Source: Marsupella aquatica (taxonomy: Eukaryota; Plantae; Marchantiophyta). Taken from it: a stretch of 64,000 nucleotides of DNA. Positions 27,787 through 38,239 of the stretch are shown here, in pieces (positions within the stretch are counted from its first letter, which is position 1; each line of letters begins with the position of its first letter). The translations under genes and the position numbers were made by a program. The stretch lies in the NCBI GenBank assembly GCA_973895155.1, contig OZ316894.1:3310944-3374943 (forward strand), given 5' to 3'. A model generated the notes under the pieces. The model searched no databases. It was given only the letters and a program-made list of their open reading frames with translations, and was not told where the DNA came from.

Positions 27787-27930
27787 TCATCGACACTGAG
27801 GACACAACCATGATCCACTAGGAATCACCTGCAATGGTGGTGTCAAACATGACATGTGCCATCCTCTAGAACACTTATCACAAATCAACATAGTAGCTGC
27901 TCCTTGAGCAGATCCACACAACATACATTT
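27787..27930 (-). CDS. C-terminal PHD finger of the Gypsy polyprotein
   Basis: Canonical C4HC3: CMLC...LICDKCSRGWHMSCLTPPL..IPSGSWLCPQC; in frame with the integrase. Confidence 0.9.
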   Translation of the reverse strand, partial: KCMLCGSAQGAATMLICDKCSRGWHMSCLTPPLQVIPSGSWLCPQCR

Positions 27931-28109
27931 CAAGCCAGCACGAACATGTGCCAAGCTTGGATCTACTATACCATCAATGTTGGGAAGGTGACATGGTGCA
28001 CAGTTGCGCACATGATCCTTCCAAACCATACCATCGCGTCCCTCCAACATCAGAACACCAAAAGGCAACACTTCACGCACACGTAAGATTTTCCGGCCTG
28101 CGGTCACAT

Positions 28110-29060
28110 CAAGTGTCGTGGGTGTTGTCTACTGCAAATAAATATAATCACCAGGATGAAATCGCCGAATGCTTGCACGATAACCTCCTCCACGAATAGT
28201 GGCATACCTCAAAGTAGCACGATGTTGGGCAATGGTAAGGTTGTCGAAAGCCATGGGCATCACTCTCTAAAATACCCGTGCTCTCTCTAAACACACCTTG
28301 ACCCAAACATCAGGATCATCCAAGTTCACAACTGATGCAACATCACGATGAATAGCTGCTGGCAAATCTGGCTCTCTACCATAGAGCAAAAAGTAAGGTG
28401 AGAAGGATGCAAGTGATGCTTGCCGACTGAAACGGTAGCCCATAGCTAACCAAGGTAGCTGGAGATCCCAATCTCCCAGATGACCAACCTGCAAGCCATA
28501 CTTACGCAATCCTTTCTTCACAGTTTGCACAACTCTCTTAGCTAATCCATCTGCCTCAGGATGATCACGAGAGGTAGTACGATGATCAATCAGAGCTTGT
28601 TCACACAAACTCTCAAACTCTCCACGGAACTCAGTTCCCTGATCAGTCAACACCTCAGCTGGTGCTCTAAAATGACTGAGTACACGATCCAAAAATGTAG
28701 CAACAACTCCTCCACTGGCTTTATCTGGCAACGCCACTAGCTCAATCCACTTGGAGAAGTGCTCCACCATGACCAAAACATACCGATTATGACGTTGGGT
28801 AAGAGGTAATGGACCAGCAAAATCCAAACTCCAATGATATCCCAAACCCATGATCGGCAACGGGTGCAACTGGGGAGTGGGAGCATTAAACGATGCTCTC
28901 ACTCTATCACATACCACACACTTAGCTATCAACTGCTGGACATGAGTGTGCATACCACGCCACCAATACTGTGTCTACAGCAAGCTGTAAGTGCGCTTTA
29001 CACCAAAGTGACCCAACTCCTCGTGCGCATGTCGCACCAAATGTACTCTTTGTGATGGTT
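28110..29060 (-). pseudogene. Integrase (HHCC zinc finger + rve core)
   Basis: HEELGHFG...CVVC, WSLDFAGPLP, LTDQGTEF, DGLAKR (catalytic E appears mutated to K); in-frame TAG stops. Confidence 0.92.
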
Positions 29061-29399
29061 TGGGGACCACCAACACTCTACCATCATGCAGTACTCTCAA
29101 AAGATGGTTTCCCTCCCATCGAAACCTCTTGGCTCTCTGTAGAACCCTATCACGTTCCTTGGCATCAACACTGCCAACAATAGAACCACTGCGCAGATAT
29201 TCCAACACTTTCACATCATTGTGAATATCTTGCTGTCCAGTAGTTACCTCACTAACATCCACATCTGAAGACTCATCATCCACTCCATCCAATGAGGTAG
29301 AGTCCACAGATCCACTGTATGCTGGCACCCAACAAAGAAAGGCAGATGCATGCCATCCTAGCACCATCTCCTTATCTGACTCATCATGCCATCTGGCTC

Positions 29400-30900
29400 C
29401 AGTCTCATCTTGCTGACTGGTACATGGATTGCGGCTTAATCCATCTGCATCCAAGTTCACTTTTCCAAGCCTATGCACCACCTGGAAATCATACTCCTGT
29501 AACAACAATGCCCATCGTGCAAGCTTCCTTGTAAGCTTGTCAGACTCCATTAACCACTTAAGAGGCTGATGATCAGTGATCAAGGTGAAGGGGTTACCAA
29601 ACAAGTAGCAACGAAAGTGTGCAACAGCCCACACTGCTGCCAAACACTCTCCCTCATAAGAGCTATACTTAGCCTCTGCTGAATTGTTTGATCTACTGGC
29701 ATAAGCCACAACAAACTCATTCCCCTCATCATCCTTCTGAGTCAGCACTGCTCTAAGTCCTACTCCACTCCAATCAGTGTGTAGCTGAAATGGTCTGCCT
29801 GAAATGGGTCTTCTCAAAATAGGGGATGATGCCAACCTTTGCTTCAACTCCTGAAAGGCATGCTCCTGGTCATCACCCCAAATCCATTCCTGATCCAACT
29901 TAGTGAGTATGGTCAAAGGTTTAGCAAGCTGGCTAAATCCTTTAACATACCTCCTGTAGTAGCTCGCCAATCCCAAGAATGCACGAACTCTGCTCACATT
30001 AGTAGGACAAGGAATCTGTGTAATGGCCTCCACTTTAGTCTGCTGTACACCCAATCCCCCTAGGTATATAGTGTGGCCCAAATACTCAATCTGGTCTTGG
30101 AAGAACTTACACTTGCCAGGATGGAGCTTCAACCTATGTGCTCTCAATCTCTCCAACACAATCTGCAAGTGCTGCTAATGTTCTTCCACAGTAGAAGAAT
30201 AGACCAAAATATCATCAACATAACATCTGACAAAATCCAAACCTGCAAGGATTTGATCCATGACTCTCTGGAACTCAGCTGGTGCATTCTTCAACCCAAA
30301 TGGTAAGAATAACCACTGATACAAACGATCTTTGCCATAAGAATCAATCCCCCAGAATGTTGTCTTGGACCTGTCAGCATGCCTAATTGGAAGCTGATGG
30401 TACCCTGCCCTCAGATCCAATGAACTGAAAACCTTTGCATGCCCCACAGCATCAAAGATCTCCTCAGGTGTGGGCATGGCATATCGATCAGATTTTGTCT
30501 GGCGATTAATAGGTCTGTAATCACCACACATGCGCCTATCTGTGTAATTGCCATGCACATCCTTCTTGGCTGGCATCACTGTGGCAGATGCATACTCCCC
30601 ATATGAAATCTCCACCAATCCAGCCTCCAACAAATCTTGAGTTCTGCTTTGAATCAGAGCTCTCTCCATGTCACTATAACGGTATGGTCTACGAAAGATT
30701 GGCGCATCACTAGCCAATTCAATCTGAATACCAGGACCCTTCAGTGTCCCCAAATCCTTCATGCTGAATGCAAAACAATTCCAATAACTCTTCAGGAATC
30801 GATGCATGCGACGTCTCTCCTCCCCTGTTAACTTAGGGCCAAACTGTGGTTCCCAACTTTCCACCAAATCCCTAATATCTCTTTGTAGGGTAGAAGAGAT
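29400..30900 (-). pseudogene. Reverse transcriptase and RNase H
   Basis: RMCGDYRPIN, LDLRAGYHQL, LPFGLKNAP, YVDDILV, LHTDWS, YASR, YEGECLA, TDHQPL, ADGLSR. Confidence 0.95.
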
Positions 30901-31089
30901 AGCCAATGATTGCTGTTTAGCAGTAGATTGAGTAGTCCCTTCCTGCTCAACAATCTGTCCAGCCTTGGCCAATCCTGCCATAGGTCCATGGACTGTCTGC
31001 TCGCCCCCAGCTGTGGTCAATACTGTCTCAGTGGACCGCAAGCTCACCAAGGGACAATCAGTAATTCCAGTAGAGCGCATCCGCAACTA

Positions 31090-32070
31090 TTCAGCTACTC
31101 CCAAGCTGATAATCCAAGTCAAACAATTCAGGTCCATTGCTTGACCAAGAACCTGGCGCCGCAAACCCTCTGACACAGAGGCAACTGCAGTGGTGCCAGT
31201 CAAAAATCCCATAGCACGCTATCTCTCATCAGCAGTAGGCTCCACTAACTGCTGGAGAGCTGTGTCCCACACAAGTCCAGGGCCACCTGCTCTGAATGCA
31301 TATGAAGCAGAGTGGCTTACAAGAGTGGGTAATGCACAACGTGGGCGCCCAGCTGCATTGACCATTGCCAATGGAGGTCTATCAGGTTGGGTCACACCCT
31401 ATGCCCGACGCCCTGGATCCAAACTATCATCCACCACTAAGGCTGGTGAGCGTGGAATGTTGTCAAATGCGCGCTTCAGCACCTCACATGGGATCAAATT
31501 AGTCCACCATAAGCATGGACGATGTGCACGAAAATCCACACGTGCAGCATCCAATAACACAGTAGGTCCAATCCAAGACCTCACCTGGTGAACACTGGCA
31601 ACAATCTGACTACGATCATCACCTAACAATGGCACATTCTCCAAAATGTATGTTGGAGATTGTGTCTGATGTAGCTGGAGATGACGCAGTACCCGTAACA
31701 TCTCCCAAAACAATGCAGAGCGTGGATCATGAAGTCCATGCCCAATGCCAGCTCTAGATTGGCCCTGACATGGCCAACCAGGAATCACCAAATCAATGGG
31801 GCCAACACGATGTAGATGATCCGCCCCCAACAATGAAATATCAGCAGGTAGTGCATGCTGATAACCACGAACAGCATCCACTGGCAGCAACTGTGGATAT
31901 CTATCCACCAACATAGCCACATGTCGCAATGAGACCCTCCGTGCTGTCTCATCTGTCTCCACATACAAATAACGACGCATAGGAATTCCTGGCTGAAGAA
32001 CAGCAGCCAATCCAGTGCTAATCCCACCAAAAAGATCCAACAAACAAATACCCTCCGGTGGATATTGCCA
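31090..32070 (-). pseudogene. C5 DNA cytosine methyltransferase domain within the Gypsy polyprotein
   Basis: Motif I LLDLFGGISTG, II YVETD, IV GWPCQG, VI ILENV, VIII AHRP.LWWTN, IX ER*RAMGF, X LGQAM; located between protease and RT, in frame. Confidence 0.9.
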
Positions 32071-32562
32071 AGCAATAGGAGTGGTATGCAATGGTGAAAG
32101 AGTCACAGGTCCATTTGCAAGAGACTGCTCTGCTCCTGACTGTGGTGTAAAAGCATGACGCCATGCATCATGTACCAATCGTGCTGCGGCCTGTAGCAAG
32201 GCTTGTGTAGTGCCCCACACTGGTGGCACAACACTGCCAACAGGTAATCCTCGCATGATGTGCTCCTCATGAGACTCCTCCAATGGTGGAACATCGGCTG
32301 CATGCGCATTACCCTCAATCAAATCATCAGGTCCAGCAATTACACCACTGAATGCTGCCAAAGACAATGGTGTGGATTTAGGGCCTCCCACAGGTCCACT
32401 AAATCTCACTGGCAATTTGCTCAATCGAGCATCTCCTGACTGCCAATCAGGTCTATATGACACTGATTCCTCCCAAAAATCAAGAATAAATCCCATGGGG
32501 TAGAGCACTGTACATCCCACCAACACATCATATGACTCTGCCTTAGTCAGAATAGCTCGCGC

Positions 32563-33222
32563 CTATATCTGTGAGCTATCTGTGGTATGACCTTCCTGAA
32601 TCCTCAAATCAAGTGCTCTCCTGGTGATATGCTGTGTAGGTGTAGGTCCCCCCAATGAAGTCTGAATGGGAAAGGGACAATCCTCCAAATCCTCTGGACG
32701 CAATCTCAATCCATGTATGGCAGACTTCCCCAACATCAAGGGCTGAGCACCAGTATCCAGTAACACTCTCTCTGGCTGGTATACTGCTCTAGAAGGCCCA
32801 ACTAATCGAAAGATACCACTCCGATTATCCAATGACACAACACTAGGTTTAAACCTAGTCCTCTCAAATGCAGGGCGTGTTGGTAAATCCACCAACCTCG
32901 CTGCTGCTGCATGCCATGTCTCACTAGTAGCAGTAGGTGGTATGGTCTTTACTGCTTCAACACTGCAAGCTGCTTCTGCATGGGAAGCAACAACTGGAGT
33001 GTCCTCACAGAGTGTAGCTGCCAATCTGAACACTTCTGCAGGACCAACTCCCAAGTTCAGCATGTCTGTCGCTGAAAATAATGGGGTGCGTACTATGGCA
33101 GTAGCCACCCCCAGCAGGGTACCTGTCATCCCTACTGTATCACTACCGGATTCTGCCAACTTACCCACGCCAGGGTTTGTCCGAACCGGGTTCATAGAGG
33201 CAGTCTGAACTGTCTCTGACAA
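32563..33222 (-). pseudogene. Aspartic protease region of the polyprotein
   Basis: VLLDTGAQPLMLG active-site motif. Confidence 0.85.
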
Positions 33223-33231
33223 TGCAAAAGA

Positions 33232-34905
33232 CTAAGGAAGCTTTGTCTGCCGACGTGCATCTCCCCTCTGTGGATCTAGCTCCACTACTGCTCCTCGGGG
33301 CTCAAGAGCTTTGGCTGCCCCACGTGTCAAAGCTGCTGATGCATCAATATGTGCAGTGCCACACATGAATCCCATGGTGGCAAGATCTCCATCAACTCCA
33401 TAAGATGTGGAAGGACCATGGGATGTGGAAGGTCCATAGGATGTAGATGCCCCATCACCAGAAGTAGGTCTCACCTGGGAACTAGCCATGGCAGCTAGCT
33501 GTTGCTCCAATTGAGAAATCTTAGCATCCTTTGGATCTATGGTTACAGTAGGGGCAGCGTCACCTCCCTGTCTCCCTGCATGTGGCATGCCACGACCACG
33601 TCCACCACCTCTACCTCCTCCTTCTCTTCCCTGATCATGTGTACGGGATCCTCCCCTCCGTAACTCAGGGTGGAGTGAGAAACACCTATCCTTGGTGTGT
33701 CCAGGAGCTCCACAATGATCACACTGTCGCTGATCAGGTGCTGATGCTCCCCCTGATCCTCTATGATCTGGACAATATCTTTGTGCATGATCCCCACCAC
33801 AGGTCCAACATCTTGACTGTTGTCCAGCATAAGAGGGCATAGGTCTCTGGCTGGTAGACTCTCGTGCAGTAGGCTTCTCCCTCTGGCTCTTCCGTGCAGT
33901 AGACTGTGGTGTGGATGTAGATGCAGCCTTTGGTGCTTCCTTGGCAAATCCAGAAGTCACCACCTTCTCATTCACCATATTGAGCTCAATGCGCTCAGAA
34001 AGGGTGAAAACAACTGCTAATGTGGGATCTACATCCCTAAGCAGAGTGACATCTCTCACTCTGTGTCGCAATTCTCTGTCCAGAATTGCATACCAAAACT
34101 GGACTGCCTGAGCCTCTGTCACTCCCTTGGTGACAGTGATCAATCTGCGCATACGTGTGTATGCCTAACGTAGGCTCTCTCCAATCTTGCGTTAGAACTC
34201 CTGAAGACCCTTCAACTTATCAGTTCTCACACTCTGATAGTTCTGCTTCAGTACCTCAAAGAATTCCACCACAAGATTAAATGCTGGCGCAACTCCAGTT
34301 CCTATCACAATCACACCGGCAGGAGTAGTGGTGGATGCTGCTGGAGTACTGCTGGTGGATGGTATGCCACTCTGGCTAGTGCTGCTAGAAGAGGCAACAG
34401 CTGTGGCAATGGGTTGGGCAGCCGCACTAGTGCCATAGGTGATGGACACGTAATTAGGTGACCAATGCTGCCTCCATGCCTCAATCTCAACCAAATGAGC
34501 CTTCCGAAACTCATAGTAGTCATCCATGGGTGGCCCCTCCAAATGCTGAAATAATCTCTTCCATGCCATGAAAGGGTTAAACAACGTGGCGTTACGCAAT
34601 GTCTGCATATCGCACCACGTATCAAACTCCTGGATGAAGTCATCCAGATCAGTTGTGCCAACTGCACCAGAGTATCATCGTGGGCCCTTTGTAGCCCCGT
34701 ACATCTCGTCCATATCCCACAACAAAGGTGCAACCACCTGATGATGAGGAGAACTGGTCACTGAGTCCTCATCAAAATCACTGTCTGAAGCTGCACTGCT
34801 GACTGCTACCAATGCCGCTGGCCGAAACTGTGCCCCACTCCGAGTGAAACCGGTCCATCGTTCATCGGGTAATCCAGCAGCACCAGAAGAATCCGTGGTG
34901 ACCAA
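33232..34905 (-). pseudogene. Gag with two zinc knuckles
   Basis: CWTCGGDHAQRYC and CDHCGAPGHTKDRC followed by an RGG-rich stretch; same frame as pol; in-frame stops. Confidence 0.8.
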
Positions 34906-36147
34906 CGCTAACCTAATCTATGTGCTAACCCTAAGGGCAATCTATCCCTGTTAGCACCACAAGCACTCACCATGGTGTGTTGGGCATCACTCCAACATCA
35001 CCAGGAGAGAAATACATAACACAACTAGAATGTCCGGTTGCAAACCCGGATCACTCCTATAGAATCAAGCGCCCACGCCAAACTAACATGGCGCATAACA
35101 GGAAGCATGTGTGGAGAGGATCCAACAACAAGAAGAGGATTTACCACAACTCTCCACACCAATCAATCAGAAATACATGTAAATAATGTGCATATAGTTC
35201 AATGTAGGGCCTTCATAATAGGCTTCAAGAATCCCGCGTCAATTATTCAAGAATCCATCGCAAACTAGCTAAAACAAAGTATCTAGATGAATTCAAAAGT
35301 GCATAAAACCCCTAGGGCCTCATTCCTTGGACATCAAATGTGGAAGGAAGCATGTACAATGTACCACATAGAAACTTGCTAGTTAAGCGCATGAGAGGAG
35401 GAATAGCTTTGGGATGGGTGACCTCTCACTTGTCATTATGCACCAAATCTGCCACTCCAAAATGGCAGCACTTGCAAGTACTCCTCACGTCCAGCAAGCT
35501 GGCTTGCTGACCCGCCCGCTCTGCCCTCACGCCCCTCGTCCCGAGTAACCACGAGTTGCCTCGAAGCCTCGAAACGCCGAGATGAGCCAAAGAGTGAGCC
35601 CTTCACGCCCGCTACGCCAAATCGAGTTTCGGCAACATTCAGATTTCCGTCTCTCAGTTTCCCTTCACAGAACGACGTACAGTCGAGAGTTGCGGATCAG
35701 CTACGAGCAGTCGGCGCCCTGTCGATCGGATCCGCAAGTTGCAGCAACTTCGCGCGGATTGGCCCTTCCACATAACCGCGCGGAGCATCGGCAGATCGCC
35801 GCTTCACTTGCGCCTTATCACAGTAGTCAAAAATCAGATCTGAAGCCTCGTGGATGACTTCCACTGTCCGACGATCTGCCAACATTCGCGGAATGCTTTC
35901 CTCCACGAAAACCAACATTCAAACTCGGCTACAACAGCAGCGTTATGTGCCCAGATCCGGTGACACAATGAGCAATCTTCAATGATCTGTGATCTCTTTC
36001 CTCAAAATAGCATTCGCCAACACAAACTGCAGCAGATTGAAGGACTAACAATCTACTCAATGAGATCCGAGATACCACGGATCCACGCAACAGATTGAAA
36101 CGATTTCCACAAACCGTCACCAACTCAATCAATCCGATTCGCATCTG

Positions 36148-36159
36148 ATCTTTCAATGT
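36148..36159 (-). promoter_or_regulatory. Putative self-priming primer-binding site
   Basis: The 12 nt flanking the inner edge of B2 (plus strand atctttcaatgt) are the exact reverse complement of 36338-36349 (acattgaaagat) inside B2; no TGG-type tRNA PBS is visible. Confidence 0.55.
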
Positions 36160-36488
36160 AATCTCAATACAATCGGCACAACGATCCCGGTCAACAATAC
36201 CCCATCGATCCCGCACCGATCCGATCACACACGTATGTCAAGCCAACGCACCTTGCACTACTCAAGGAATCCACGTTACACAAGCGGAGCTCACAGCCAC
36301 CATAGCCACACTCAAGCTCCTCTCTCTCCAAGGCTCAACATTGAAAGATGACCTTTCAATGCCTCACAAGTGAGAAGTACCCTCTCACACAAACCTGACG
36401 GAACCTTATCGGTTCCAATAGCACTCATACCAAACGTACATACTCTAATAGCACGATATACTACTACACTACTCAGAATGGTGTGATA
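36159..36488. repeat. Terminal repeat B2 (5' end of the element on the coding strand)
   Basis: About 98% identical to 27142-27471 (about 7 differences seen); not preceded by repeat A. Confidence 0.92.
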
Positions 36489-37250
36489 GACTGCACAGGG
36501 GCAAGAGTCATTAGGGGCTTTATCTCCAACCACATAATGAAATTGCCTGTGACATGGCCCATCACAAATTACCAACTTCCCACCATGCTCACAAATTGCA
36601 CAAACATGAGGGCTGGTTTGTAGAATCTCTTGCTCAAAGAACAAGGGAATACGCAATACCTCTTCTAAAGAGGCTCCTCTGTCAGAGGACGGTGTTGCTT
36701 TCTTTATGTTTGAAGTCCTTGTCGGCATGGTTACAACTGAAATCATCACAAAGCACATCACATATGAGAGGGACATGTATGATAGTGGGCAATCCATAGA
36801 CAAAGATAAGGTTAATCATAGCACTTGGAGAAATCCACATTTCAAGTAGTTACAAACCTGCTCCAATGATCTGCAATCCTCCCTCCCAAATGAAGTCAAC
36901 TACACAGTGCAGCCTGGACACCCACCAACCAAGACATACATAAATACAATGCCAGCTTGCGAAACTTTGCCACATAATGGGAATGAAAATTATTCTCATA
37001 TATCATGGATGGTACAATTGCAGCCTTGCAAACAAAGGCCTAGTCATCCTGCTAGTCATATATGAACAACGCATCCATGTACTATCAGGGACTACAATGT
37101 CAAGCATCCATGGGCTGTAACCTTAGCTTGATCTGGAATATTATCTGGGGCTACAATATCAAGCTCAGTTATATGTGGAATAGTATCTGGGACTACAATG
37201 TCAAGCGTGTCCGGGATGACAATCTTGCGTAAAAGACACTCATTTTGAGG

Positions 37251-37490
37251 TCAAATGGTTGGCCTTATACAAGAGCACCTCCAGCAACGTGTGACAACTT
37301 TGCCATGCTTTCCCATGTATGTCCTAGTAACAAGTCTTCCACGCATTTTCAAGCAGAAGCAATGGAACCATTCAAAATTGCCATCACCAACCCTGCACTT
37401 CACACAAGATTCACACCAGCAGCATTCATCTGGATGCTGCAGAAGGAGCTTCTCATAATTTGCTTCTAATGTAATGCCCAATTTAGCCAT
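37251..37490 (-). CDS. Hypothetical small Cys-rich protein (79 aa)
   Basis: ATG ORF with CCWCESCVKC, EWFHCFC and CWRCSC; upstream of and co-oriented with the PHD gene. Confidence 0.3.
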   Translation of the reverse strand: MAKLGITLEANYEKLLLQHPDECCWCESCVKCRVGDGNFEWFHCFCLKMRGRLVTRTYMGKHGKVVTRCWRCSCIRPTI

Positions 37491-38239
37491 GGCACTATTT
37501 CTTTTACTCGGTGAATGGCCAGGCGATCAGACGTGCAATGACAGGCAACTTACAATTCACGGGGTACAGTATGTGCTCTAGCAAATTGCTTCACCGCAAG
37601 TGCTGGTGCTCACAGCTGCAAGCGCTGATGACAACCTCTACAATTGCTTTTGCAACCTGTGAACAAAATTAAAACCACCATTTCAATAAGTTTCAAATGC
37701 TGCAAGCGCTGAAGACAACCAATTGGCCATGCTTATTACGACAGCAATAAACAAATAATTGGGCTCAACAAACTTGAATAGCTAACCTGAATAGGATCAA
37801 GTTCAGAATCCGGAATGGTAATGCCCTTGCCCAGAAGCTTGAGAAACAAAAGAGAAAACAAGCAAACGAGCCTCATCTGTTACCGACCACATCTTGACCA
37901 GGCCCGCCACTCAGTATGGCTGGAGGCTATGGTCCCCCCTGAGTAAACACTTACATACACACTTAAAGAAAATTGCAGGAACCAGCCGACGGGTCAATGT
38001 ATGGATGATGTCGAGACAAATGACAACAGTACTCAATATTCGGCTGGGAAGTCAAAAATGGATCTCAGTAGTGGCTCCAAACCATAGCTGCAAGGGCATG
38101 GCGAGCTTTAGACTGAGGACAAAAAACTGAAAGAGCTTATCGCCATTCACGGAGCTCAGAACTGGAATTTTACTTCTGATAAGCTAAACGGGCAGATCAG
38201 GTGCCACATCGTCTACGACCGCTACCAGATAAGGTGTGC

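Larger units (their letters stand above)
27005..36488 (-). mobile_element. Ty3/Gypsy-type retrotransposon with DNMT and PHD domains and split direct repeats
   Basis: 4-bp TSD GACT (27001-27004, 36489-36492); termini TGTCG...GTGA(C>T)A; domain order PR-RT-RH-IN. Confidence 0.93.
26566..36728 (-). pseudogene. Second EDM2-like multi-PHD gene (cargo of the P-like element), split by the Gypsy insertion
   Basis: The 5' part (36728-36489, CAICEHGGKLVICDGPCHRQFH) joins in frame to 27000-26566 (PWFCPNC..AMCYGC..CPLHTC..CLRCPNAWH..FYCPRHPIDPHLKTPIRDHISW) after removing 27005-36488 and one GACT. Confidence 0.88.

Noticed and set aside
27787-34905. Programmed stop-codon readthrough as the explanation for the in-frame TAGs
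   Set aside because: There are too many stops, several fall inside catalytic domains, and they are accompanied by missense transitions; mutation is the simpler explanation.
27005-36488. DIRS/Ngaro tyrosine-recombinase retrotransposon, suggested by the split repeats
   Set aside because: No tyrosine-recombinase ORF is seen; it has a protease, an HHCC + DDE integrase, TG..CA ends and a TSD.
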